A stretch of DNA of 46,029 nt, filler included, from Jimgerdemannia flammicorona (taxonomy: Eukaryota): the NCBI GenBank assembly GCA_003990765.1. It is 2 parts of 2 records of this genome, joined end to end, with 100 filler letters (N's around TTAATTAATTAA, not from the genome) between each part and the next. Parts side by side here need not be neighbours in the genome. Positions count along the whole stretch, not along the records: positions 23,068 to 46,029 come from RBNJ01001177.1; 1 more part is not named here. The stretch is one strand, 5' to 3'. How positions within the stretch are numbered: the stretch's first letter is position 1; every line of letters begins with the position of its first letter. This document shows, piece by piece, positions 26,089 through 37,417 of this stretch. The notes beneath the pieces were generated by a model. The model saw only the letters and a program-made list of their open reading frames with translations. It was not told the DNA's origin and ran no database searches. The translations under genes were made by a program, and so were the position numbers.

Positions 26089-27213
26089 ATGATGCCCATC
26101 ACCAATCCATACCACCCCTCCCTCCGTACCTTGCTCTGCCTCGCCCTTCTCTTCGTCTTCCTCCTCCCCGTATCCTATGCCCAAACCACCATCGTCCCCC
26201 ACTCCCCGGTCGTGGTTACAACCGCGGTGACGACCACGGTGTTAGTGACGCCGGCCATCATGGTGACGGTAACGCCCGCGGTCATCACAGTGACGGTAAC
26301 GCCCGCGGCCATCACGGTGACGGTGACGCCCCCGGCCATCGTGGTGACGACCACGGCCACGGTGACAGGCGAGGCGGCCACGGTGACGGCCGCGGCGGCC
26401 ACGGTGACGGCCACGGCCACGGTGATGCAGACGCTGATTTCTGGTATCATATCACCCATAGACCCACCATCCTCTACCGCCACCAACCAAAACATCAATT
26501 CCCCCTCCGGCATATCCAGCAACGGTAGCGGGGTGGGGAACGGAAACCTTAGCCTACCGTTGATCATCAGCGTCGGTGTCATCGGTGCGGTCGTCTTGGG
26601 GACTCTAGTGGCGATAGCGATCTTCCTGACGCGACGCCGGCGATCCGCCAACGAAGTCAACTTCGACCCCACCTCTGGTTCCGGCACCCCATCGCTGCCA
26701 ACAGATACCTCGTCTATGCATCGTTCTTTCCCGCCCTCTCCGGTCACCGACATGCACGGCCCAATTCGACCAGGCTCGTCCCCTGTCCCCGCTGGTGCGT
26801 TCTATGGTCCGCCCTGGCCAGCCATGCCGTCGCCGCACTTCCCGCCGTACCAACCGGGAGGCTACTTTGCATACGCCCCCAGAGGTGGCGGGCTGCGTCA
26901 AGCTGTCCCGTACCCGCCCTCATCCCCACTTGCATTCTTCACGCCGTACAACGGTCCCCCCGAGGTCGACATGGGTGAAGCCCACGGCGCGCCCAACTCC
27001 TATACGCCGACGCCGGTGCACGCCAACACAACGTCCCCTCCGCATACGTTTAGTCCCGTGCCCGTGCGTCCAAGAGTTCAGGCGGGGCATGCGCCCTTGC
27101 TACTGTCGCGTGGAGTGCCGAATGGGCTGGAGAACGTGCCCGAAGTGACGGACGGAGGGATAATAACCTCGCCCAGGCCACATTCGGTTGAAGTGGATGG
27201 GACAAGTAACTGA
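26089..27213 (+). CDS. Single-pass type I membrane protein (about 374 aa), Mid2/Wsc-like cell-surface architecture
   Basis: Signal peptide ...LLCLALLFVFLLPVSYA/Q; Thr/Val-rich repeats; Ser-rich stalk; TM LPLIISVGVIGAVVLGTLVAIAIFL followed by TRRRRS; Pro-rich tail; high GC3; no intron needed. Confidence 0.85.
   Translation: MMPITNPYHPSLRTLLCLALLFVFLLPVSYAQTTIVPHSPVVVTTAVTTTVLVTPAIMVTVTPAVITVTVTPAAITVTVTPPAIVVTTTATVTGEAATVTAAAATVTATATVMQTLISGIISPIDPPSSTATNQNINSPSGISSNGSGVGNGNLSLPLIISVGVIGAVVLGTLVAIAIFLTRRRRSANEVNFDPTSGSGTPSLPTDTSSMHRSFPPSPVTDMHGPIRPGSSPVPAGAFYGPPWPAMPSPHFPPYQPGGYFAYAPRGGGLRQAVPYPPSSPLAFFTPYNGPPEVDMGEAHGAPNSYTPTPVHANTTSPPHTFSPVPVRPRVQAGHAPLLLSRGVPNGLENVPEVTDGGIITSPRPHSVEVDGTSN
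26245..26425 (+). repeat. Coding minisatellite, 27-bp unit (VTVTPAxIT) grading into ATVTA repeats
   Basis: gtgacggtaacgcccgcggtcatcaca / gtgacggtaacgcccgcggccatcacg / gtgacggtgacgcccccggccatcgtg. Confidence 0.85.
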
Positions 27214-27559
27214 GGAGGAGTTTTTATTTATTTTATTTTTGTTTTATTGTATTTTATTTTTGAAGCAATTCGTGGGTCTTCGGTACCCGAAGCTAGAAGA
27301 ATACCTGCTGTCCTTTTTGTACATATTCATATTCACTGATTTTCCCGGCTTTTCATATCAACATTCGGATGACATTTGGTGGTTACGGGTTTTCTGAATT
27401 GGTTTGCGAACATTTGATTTCAGGGAGGCGGAGTGGAGCGATATGAGAGGCGTCATTGCAGGTTAAAGACAATATATACCATAGCGTGGTATTGATCATT
27501 CAACAGATCAGATACAGGATGATTATGAGGTCAAAACATGAGTAATGAAATAGCATATT

Positions 27560-27930
27560 ATAGTATTAAATAAATTAGTATTTTTAATGATTTGAAATAG
27601 TTTAAATTAAATTAAATTTAGATATATTTTTATTGAATAATTATATTATAAAGTTTGAATAGAAATTTTAATTTTAATTTAATATAAAAATCTTCAATTT
27701 GATTTAAATTAAATTAATTTATTTAAAAGTAGTAATTATAATAATATTATTATTATAATAACAATAAACTAAATTTATATCTAAATAATATTAAGTTTTA
27801 AATATTTATTATTTATATGAATAAAATTTTATCTATATTAAGTAAATTTATATATAGTATATTATATTTCTAACTTAATCTTTTTATTACTTCTTTTTAA
27901 TATATTTATTAAATTTAATCAAATAAAGAG
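27560..27930. repeat. Extremely AT-rich relic, partly related to the foldback MITEs
   Basis: Shares attaaatttagatatatttt with about 41419-41438 and has a MITE-like end (aatttatttaaaagtagta, about 27716-27734); boundaries unclear. Confidence 0.4.
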
Positions 27931-28921
27931 TTTTTTTTTTTTTTTTTTTATAATAAATCTTCAGAAGACTTAATAACATCAAGTAAAGTATACTGATATA
28001 TAAGAAATACTATGATATCATCTATATTATTAGTGATCAAGTTCTTTTATCTACTAAGAATTTTAAGATATATATATAATTATAAGTCAACTATTTATTG
28101 AATAAGTCCTAATTCAAGTTTATTAAACTCTTTAAGATTACAGAACAAGGCTCTACATTCTTCTATTACCTCAAGCTATCTGAAACTATATGAGTATATC
28201 TAGTCTTATATATATATATATTATATCTCAAGATCTAAAACTAGTTACTATCTTACTCTAGTCAAATTTTCAAGCCATCTGTCTTTGTAATTATTAAAAA
28301 CTATATTAAGTATAAGGTTGAGAAAATTTGTGACAAAAGAATTTACTATTACTAATCTAAATATCTGATCAAATAGATAAGCTATCTTAAATATAATATT
28401 ATCTAAGAACTGCTAGTCAATCTTAAGAATATATAAGATCTCATTTAAGACTTTAAGACAAAATATATACTACTTACTAGCTTGATATACTTTTATATAT
28501 AGATATAGTTACTATTAGTAAGCTTACTAAATCTTCAACTACTAAGTCTTTGGCTCTTATTTTATATGAAGTTAGTCAACTCTTTATAATAATATCTGAA
28601 TAAGTTTGAGAAATTTTAATTAAGTATAGCTATTCTTATATAACCTTAGAATTTAATGAAAATATTGATTCTTAAAGAAAGAGAAATACAATAATTTCTT
28701 AACTATATCTTAGTTAAGTATATTTTTATATTCTTTCTCTAATCTTTTCTTATCTTTTTCTGAATATTTTATAATATTTCAATATCTTCTAAATACTTAA
28801 AAAAAATTTCTTAATACCAAGACTTTATTAGAACCTTTTTATCTTTTCTCAATACTAAGTATCTTATCTTAGCTAGTTATAGAATCTTTTAGAATATTGT
28901 AGAATTCTATTAGTTATCTTT

Positions 28922-29330
28922 TGTAATATTTTAGCATAGTTTATTTCTTTTCTTTTCTTTGTCTTTCTTCAATATTCTACAATCTTCCAGTACTTTCTGA
29001 ATGCTTAGAAATCCTTTCTTGGTGCTGAGCATCCTCTAGTACTTATTTAGCTAGTCACTGAATGTTCTGAAAACTTGTAGAACTTTATTTGTCATTATTT
29101 ATCATCTTTGCTGAGAACTTTCCTCTTGGCATCTTCTTTTGATTTCTCAGATCCTTCCAGATTCTTCTTTCAGATCTTGTATAAATATCTCCTTTGTTCT
29201 CATAAATAAAGTCTTAGAATATTTTCTCTCAGAAATCCTTCAAGAATACTTGAATTCTTAAGTATCTCTTTAAGCTACTTAAAACTACCAGAACTAGTCA
29301 CTTCCTCATTTAGAAACTAGAACTGTTATA
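28922..29330 (+). repeat. 5' LTR (409 bp)
   Basis: Direct repeat of 34536-34944; TATA (gtataaata, about 29179) and AATAAA (about 29205). Confidence 0.95.
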
Positions 29331-29398
29331 CTTAGTAGCAGCAGTTAAGTTATACCTAGCCTTATCAAGACACCTCTCAAGATATCAGTCACAACACT

Positions 29399-32300
29399 AT
29401 GGAGGACAATGGATGGAACCCTTCATACAGTACCTACAGTCCAGGCAATACCTCATACAACTAGCAAGAAGAAGAGAAACAGCAAAACCCTACTCAGTCA
29501 AATGGAGCTATTGAGAGTCTTTTGCAGACTGCATTAGCTCAGATTGCCCAACTTCAAGAATACATAGAAAGAAAGAAAAGCAAGGCCCCTGCTCATACCT
29601 CTGTATCTCCATCAATATCAATACATCCAACAGCAGTTACTATCAAGCCTCAGAAGCCTGACACTTTTGATGGTCAAAGAGGAGAACTGTCTACTGATGC
29701 CTGGTTTTTCCAATTGGAGCAATATGGAGAACTGACCAATTTGGAAGAAGCAATACTAGTCCAATTTGCTGCCACACTCCTCTGCAATCTGGTAGTGAAA
29801 CTATGTCTAGAATACCAGATTTGCTGGCTGGATCAGGACCTGGAATGAATTCTCTGATGCTGTTCAAGGCCAATTCAAACCAGTCAATAGTACTAAGGCT
29901 ACACAAGACCATCTGGCAAATATCAAACAACTCAAGTCTATACAAGCATATAATGCACAATTCCTATCAATCCTGCTTGAATTACCACATATCACTGAAG
30001 ACGAGAAGGTTGACAAGTATATCTGAGGCCTGAAAGGTCAAACCTGAGTTCATATTGAACTAGAAGAACCCAAGGACCTAGATATAGTAATGAAGATTAC
30101 TGATAGGTTTGATGTCATCACCTATAGTCACTGCTTTAAACAGAAGAGACCGCCTTTCAACAACAACCACAAAAGGGAGGAACCTAAAGTCAGAACTATT
30201 GGACCTGCCCCCATAGATCTAGATACTATCAACAAGAGCAAGAAAGGCAAGCTTACATCTAAGGAAAAAGAGTGCCTCAAGAAGGCTAGAGCCTGCTTCT
30301 TTTGTCGTCAGCCTGGTTATATTGCAACCAAATGTCTCAAGAAAACTGCCAAATCAAAGAGGATTCTGGTCCTGTCCAAAGATACCCAAGGTCAACCAGT
30401 TGAACAAGAAGTGGTACTCAATTTTATACAAGTCAACCCCAAGATCCAGATCCCTCAAGTATAGTCAGAAGGAGCCATTGGTTTGGACCTTTAAGCAGTA
30501 CAACAAGTCACTATTCCTATACATGAAAGAAGGCTCATTCTAACTGGCCTTTCAGTCAAAATTCCCAAGGAATATTATGCAAGAATTGTATCAAGATCTG
30601 GCCTCAGTTTCAAGCACTCATTGGATATTAGTGCTGGAGTCATTGACCCTGACTTCTGAGGCAAAATGCAAGTCCTACTAGTCAACTACAAGAACCAACC
30701 ATATACTGTCAATGAAGGTAACAGAATTGCACAGCTCATTCTGGAGTGAGCCATCCTATCAGTCATCAAAGAGGTCACCAAGCTGTCTTCAACCAAGTGA
30801 GATTAGAAAGGCTTTGGCAGTACTAATAAAGTTATAAGTATAGCCAAGAACTGAGCCAATTTAATGCTCATTTTCAAAGGCCTAGTCAAGGGACAAGAGC
30901 TAGATATTCTCATAGACAGTAGAGCTGTTGGGAACTTCATCAACAAGAATCTCATTGACAAGCTCAAGATTCTCACCAAACCAGCCAGCAAGAATGGTGG
31001 AGTTATCACTACAGATGGCACCACCTTACCAATTGACTCAATTGCTGCTAAACTCCCTCTCAAGATCCAGAAGTACTGGGAATGTTTAGATTTTGAGGTA
31101 GCACCACTAGGAGACCATGACCTGATTCTAGGCAAACCCTGGTTTATATGATACAACCCTCAGATTAATTGGACTAAGAATGAAGTCACCCTGATTCAGG
31201 ATGGAACCAACATTACCATCAAGCCAGACAAGACTCAGATGAAAACCCCAATTGCTACCCTTTCAGCAATTCAGTTCAAGAAGACCCTCAAGAAAGCTAC
31301 CTGTATCTTTGTAGCACTGATCTGATCAAAGAAAGAAGATAAGAAGCTATCAATTAGTGAAAGCATCAAGTTACTGCTGAATAAGTACAAGGATGTCTTT
31401 CTGGACAAACTATCTGGTCTACCACCTTCAAGAGACCATAACCACGAAATCAAGTTGGTACCTGATGCAGCTATACCTAAGAAGAAAATGTACCACATAT
31501 CTCTACTTGAAATTGAAGCAGTCAAGAAGGAACTCAATGAACTCATTGAGCAAGGAGCCATTCAGCCAAGCAAGTCACCCTTTGGCTCCCCAGTCCTATT
31601 TGTCAAGAAAAAGGATGATACTCTGCAAATGTGTATAGACTACTGAGCACTCAACAAGATCATAGTCAAGAACCATTATCTGCTACTGCTCATAGATCAA
31701 ATCTTTGATGCTCTCAAAAATACAAAGTACTTCACCAAGATTGATCTCACCTCTGGGTATCACCAAATTCGAATCAAGTCAGAAGACATACCCAAGACTG
31801 CCTTCATGACACCCTTTGGACTCTACAAATTTCTAGTCATGGCCTTTGGTCTCACCAATGTACTAGCAATCTTTCAAGATCTCATGCAGACTGTCTTCAA
31901 GGATCAGCTCTATATCTTTATACTTATATACATTGATGATATTCTGATCTTCAGTAGTACTGAAGAAGAATACCTCAAGAATATTGAACAAGTCCTCAAG
32001 ATCCTCCATGAGAACAAGCTCTATACAAAGCTCAAGAAATATGAATTTTTCAAGAATCAAGTCAAATATCTTGGACACATTGTATCAGCCAAAGGAATTC
32101 AAGTAAATCCAAGGAAAATACAAGCCATTGAACAGTGGTCTGTACCAGCAAACCTCACTGAACTCAGGTCCTTCCTTGGTCTGGCTGGATACTACCATTG
32201 ATTTGTCAAGAACTTCTCTAGTATCATAAAATCTTTGACAAATCTCCTGTGAAAGGAACCTAACTCTGACCTCTATGTCCCCTATATCTGAAATACTTTC

Positions 32301-34220
32301 TGTAAACAAGCTTTTCAAGAACTCAAGAACTGCCTGACTCATGCATCTGTCCTTAGAAACATGGACCCAAACTTGAAGTTCATGGTCACTATAGATGTAT
32401 CTAACTTTACCATTAGTATAGTCATTTCTCAAGATAATGGTCAAGAACACTGACCTATTGCCTTTGAGTCAAGAAAATTGTCCCCAGCTAAACAAAAGCT
32501 GGCTACTCATGAAAGGAACTCCTAGCAATCATGCATGTCCTCAAGACCTAGTAATACTACTTAGAAAGAGTTGAGTTTGATGTGATCACTAATTACAGAT
32601 CTCTTTAGTACATCAACACTCAACCAATCCTTTCTCACCAACAAGCCAAGTGGAGTCAACTACTTCAGACCTTTACCCCAAACATCATCTACAAGCCTGG
32701 CAAAACTCTAGTTGTACCAGATGTACTTTCAAGAAGACCTGACCTTGCCGCAATTTTACAAATTACCATGGTACCCAAATTCCTCAATCAGATCAAGAAG
32801 ACATACAAATAAAACTCTCTGGTTCTACAAAGGAACACCAAGGAATTCAAGAAAAAGTACACCATCAAGAACAACCTTATGTACTATCAAGACAAAATAT
32901 ATATTCCTACCAACCCTGAACTACAGTATAAGATTCTTCATAAACACCATAACTCCCCACTAGCTGGCCACCTTGGAACTGAGAAGACCATCAAGAATAT
33001 CCAATGAGACTACTACTGGCCAAACATACTCAAGGAAATCAAGGAGTATGTCCAAAGCTGTGATCTTTGCCAAAGAAACAAGTCAAGCAATCAAGCACCT
33101 GCCAGTCTTCTGCAACCCCTGCCAATTCTAACCAAGAAGTTCAAACAAGTCACAATAGACTTCATTATATAACTCCCACAAATCAAAACAGGCTATGATA
33201 CTATTGTTGTATTTGTGGACTATCTCACCAAGATTACAATCACTGAGCCAACCACAACCAATGTCACTATCTCAGAAATTGCAAGAATCTTCTTCAAGAC
33301 TATCTTCTGCCATTATGGACTTCCCTGAGTAATTATCAGTGACCATGATCCCAAGTTCACAAGCCACTTCTGGCAAGTACTCTTCAAGATCCTTGGAATC
33401 CAAATTGCTATGTTCACTGTCTTCCATCCTCAAACTGATAGACAGACTGAGCAAATGAACAGAACACTCGAACAAATGCTCAGAAACTATATGTCTTATG
33501 AGCAAGATGATTGGGACCACTATCTGACCTATGCTGAGTTCATCTACAATAATGCCACCCAATCATCAACTGGCCTTTCTCTATTTCAGCTACTTTATGG
33601 TCAAAACTCCAAGACCCCTGCAAGCCTAGTCTCATTCCAGCAATCCAGTCACACACAAGTCCCCACAGCCCAGAACCTTATCAACAAAATGGATTCTCTT
33701 TTCAAGATCGCCACTACAAATCTACAAAAGGCTCAGTAATATCAAGCTAAGTATACAGATAAGAAGCGGCGAGATATCATATACAATATTGGTAATATGG
33801 TTCTACTCAAAGCCAACAATATCAAGGCTCAATCTTAAGTCAATCACCAGTCAGCCAAATTCCAGCCCAAGTACCTTGGACCCTTTGAAATCACCAAGTA
33901 AGTCTCCACCTAGTCTTACTGCCTCAACCTGCCAACAACCATACATATATACCCAGTATTTCATATGTCACAACTCAAGACCTGGAACCAGTCACCTCTT
34001 TACCCTGGCCAAATTCTGACACTATCAGCACTAGTGATAGTTGAAGACCACATCGAGTATGAAGTTGAGAAAATCTTAGACAAATGAGTCTAATACCATT
34101 GCACAGAATATCTAGTCAAGTAGATAGGTTACCCTGAATATAATGCTACCTGGGAATCTGCCACCAATCTCAAGAACTCTTAAGATCTCATCCAAGAGTT
34201 CAAGCAAAAAGAAACTCATT
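29399..34220 (+). pseudogene. Degenerate gag-pol polyprotein
   Basis: KPDTFDG; knuckle CFFCRQPGYIATKC; protease ILIDSRAVGNFI (ancestral DSG) and LILGKPW; RT SPFGSPVLFVKKKD, IYIDDILI, YLGH; integrase HNSPLAGHLG, CDLCQ, HPQTDRQTE; chromodomain EYEVEKILDK...ATWE at about 34055-34160. Confidence 0.93.
30425..30824 (+). pseudogene. dUTPase domain between zinc knuckle and protease
   Basis: GAIGLDL...TGLSVKIPKEYYARIVSRSGL...AGVIDPDF*GKMQVLLVN...GNRIAQLIL...KGFGST; same frame as the 30090, 30864, 31455 and 31806 ORF pieces. Confidence 0.93.
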
Positions 34221-34535
34221 GACTGCCCATGAGGTTCTCTCCTTAGATAGTAGATGATATATTATGCTAATCAGATATATTAAGTATCAGGGCACTCTAA
34301 AGGATACAGTATCAGAAATAAGAGATATAGGAGAACCCTATAAATCCTGCAACCAATGAGGTTCAAACCAGTTCTCATCTAATCAAGATGATACTTTGGC
34401 CCTTGCCTTATACAAGGATGGCCAATCCTTACCAATGAGCCAACATATTTTGTTTGAGATTTCTTTTAGTCTTATTGTTTATTATATGTAACTTTAAGAA
34501 TTCAATAGAGATATTGATTCTTAAGAAGGGGGAGA

Positions 34536-34944
34536 TGTAACATTTTAGTGTAGTTTATTTCTTTTCTTTTCTTTGTCTTTCTTCAATATTCTATGACCTT
34601 TCAGTACTTTCCAAATGCTTAGAAATCCTTTCTTGATACTGAGCATCCTCTAGTATTTATTTAGCTAGTTACTGAATGTTCTGGAAACTTGTAGAACTTT
34701 ATTTATCATCATTTGTCATCTTTGCTGAGAACTTTCCTCTTGGTATCTTCCTTTGATTTCTTAGATCCTTCCAGATCCTTCTTTCAGATCTTGTATAAAT
34801 ATTCCCTTTGTTCTCATAAATAAAGTTTCAGAATATTTTCTCTCAGAAATCCTTCAAGAACACTTGAATTCTTAAGTATCTCTTCAAGCTACTTAGAACT
34901 ACTAGAACTAGTCGCTTCCTCATTTAGAAACTAGAACCATTACA
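34536..34944 (+). repeat. 3' LTR (409 bp)
   Basis: TGTAAC...TTACA, direct repeat of 28922-29330. Confidence 0.95.
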
Positions 34945-35181
34945 TCTTTACTAAAAACTATTTTTTTGGCTTTTTTTTTTTTCATTTTTAAGATTCTTCC
35001 AGATTTTTCTTTCAGATCTTATATAAATATTCTCTTTCTCTGCTTAAATAAAGATCAGTTTATTTTCTCTAAAAATCTTTAAGACTACTTAAACCTATAA
35101 GTATCTCTTTAAGCTACTTTAAGACTACTAGAAAACTTTCAGATTTAGCTATTTTCTTTTAAAAAAACTAGAACCATTATA

Positions 35182-37080
35182 GATTTACTTAAACTTCTTA
35201 ATAAAAATTAGTAAAGGCTAAAGTAAACTAACTGGTACTTAGTTACTGGACTTGTTATTAGTATATATAGATCATAACTAGTAATATAGTTTTTGATTTT
35301 CTTGATCATATTATATCAGTAGTAGTAGCATTGAAAGTTTTTAATAGTTTTCTCAATTCTAAGATATATATCTAACAAATAGAGAGTCATAATATTCTTA
35401 TAATATTTTATAATAGAGTTTTATATTACTTAATAGATCAGATTGTTCTCAATAGTATATATATCCTTGAGCTTATTTAAGAAAACTCTAATAGTGATAG
35501 TGTCTTTTTTATAGACTTATTTAATTTAGTTTAGAAATTCTGATACTAAGATAACTTATATTATTATAGTAAGATCTGAATATTATAATAAGATATCTAG
35601 TATTCTAAGTATCTTATCAGACTTATATATAATTATTAAATTGAAGGTTTGAAGCTTTTGATTCTATTTAGCTTATTGATATAATTAGTACTCTCAAATA
35701 AATGATTTAAATCAATTTAAAGTAAATATATATGGTATTCAAATTGAATTAATTCAATTCAATTCAAATATTATTTTGATTTCCAAATTATTACAAACAT
35801 TTTCCTCAATAACTTTATAAGATTTTATCTGATTTTGATATAACTAATATTATTAGAAAGCTCTCTATAATGGCTTTTCAATAATATCAAGAGTACCAAA
35901 ATCAGATAAAATCTTATAGAGTTATTGATGAAAATGTTTGTAGTCTAATTTAGAAATCAAAATAATATTTAAATTGAATTAAATCAATTTGATTTGAATA
36001 TTATATATATCTACTTCAAATTGATTTAAATTATTTATTTGAGAGTACTAGATATGATAAAGTAGATTGAATATTAATATACTTGAGAGATTTATATATA
36101 ATTAATAATGATATCAAACTCAATACCTTCTAGATAGTATCTTTAGTAATATATATAAGATATATATATATGATTATTAGTAGTTTCTTCTCATAGATAG
36201 CTAACTCTTATTCAGCTAGTAACAGTTTTTATAACTCAAAGATAATGAGACTATATATATTTTTTTTCAAATTTAAATTAGAATTTTACAGAACTGGGAT
36301 ATTGGTCAGATAGTTTTGGAGTTTTTGAAATACTTATTGATAAAAGATATTCCAGATATATGTAAGATATATATATAGTATTCTGTATATAGTATCTTCT
36401 TTATTATATTTATAAGAGACTTAGCAATCTTAGAAAGTTTCTAACAAAGTAACAGTAATAGCCAGTTAGATTAAGAAAGGATCTAAGTTCTGTAATATTC
36501 ACTAGTTCAAACTATTCTTGAATTATCTCTATCTTATATGGGTCTATTTGAATTCCTTATACAGAGACAATATGGCCAAGATATTTAACTTACTTCTTAA
36601 AGAATTTATACTTCTTGAGTTTAATATATATATAACTTATATTCTCACAGAATTTTCAAAACAAAACAGATATACTTGAGATGTTCTTCTTTAGTTATAC
36701 TAAAGATCAGGATGTCATCAAGATATACCAACAGAAAAATAAAAAGTTGGTCATTGAATATCTTGTTTATGAGAGTCTGAAAAGTAGCAGATATATTGGA
36801 GACCAAATGCTAAAACCAGAAATTTGTAAAGTCAAAAAGAGATCATAAAAGTAGTCTTTGGATATTTTCTGACTTGATTCAAATTTGGTGATATTCAGAC
36901 ATGAGATCTAGTTTAGTGAAGTACTTGGCATTCTTGAGAGCATTAAAGATTTAATCAATAAGAGGTAATAGATACTGGTTCTTGACTGTAAGCTTGTTGA
37001 GTATATGGTAGTCTATATATTCACAGAGTTCTATCCTTTTTCTTGACAAAAGGACTGGTGAGCTGAAGGGTGACTTGCTG
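35182..37080 (-). mobile_element. Degenerate Gypsy pol remnant (RT, RNaseH, start of integrase) related to 28922-34944
   Basis: Reverse complement of about 36980-37080 aligns with about 31568-31680 (SKSPF-SPV, DY--LNK); about 35410-35640 aligns with about 32685-32905; interrupted by a MITE. Confidence 0.8.
35686..36050. mobile_element. Foldback MITE (365 bp), hAT-like
   Basis: tagtactctcaaataaat...atttatttgagagtacta; the arms pair along almost the whole length with a loop of about 11 nt near 35862-35872; 8-bp TSD gatataat / gatatgat. Confidence 0.88.
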
Positions 37081-37417
37081 GGGGGTTGGAGTTGGAGTAT
37101 TGTTCACGCATCCAAGAATCGGACAGCATTTGAAGGGTCTAGTTCGACCAGAGAGTCGTCGGCACGCAGAGGTCCCTTGCATTTCTGGCATACGAGCTGC
37201 TAGTGTCGTGGGTGGTCGTGGTCAAGAAAGCAGCAGTAGCTGGGATGTTACAGTCATCGGCAGGTCATGTGCGGCCAAGAGAGTTGCATGGTGTTAATTA
37301 TGTGTGGTCCCATGTTGGGACGGCAGCTTTTTATTTTGCCTTGCCAAATGCTTTCCGTGTTCGGATGCACGATTAGACACACACTATTCGACAAAACATA
37401 CTTCCAACACATCTTCG

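Larger units (their letters stand above)
28922..34944 (+). mobile_element. Full-length chromodomain Ty3/Gypsy element, 6023 bp, gag-dUTPase-PR-RT-RH-IN-chromodomain, inactivated
   Basis: 409-bp LTRs, perfect TSD tcttt (28917-28921 and 34945-34949), PBS 29333-29344, PPT aagaagggggaga 34523-34535. Confidence 0.96.
27950..35181 (+). mobile_element. Older Gypsy remnant (integrase C-terminus, chromodomain, PPT, 3' LTR), split by the younger element; pieces 27950-28921 and 34945-35181
   Basis: 27950-28690 is colinear with 33715-34535 but much more AT-rich. PPT aaagaaagagaaa at about 28674-28686. The LTR ends ctagaaccattata at 35181. Confidence 0.75.

Noticed and set aside
26085..27148. Overlapping His/Gly-rich and antisense ORFs over the membrane protein gene
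   Set aside because: Alternative-frame products of GC-rich repetitive coding sequence.
27931..27949. Poly-T as another LINE tail
   Set aside because: Not followed by the atagtcacttggac terminus and no TSD visible.
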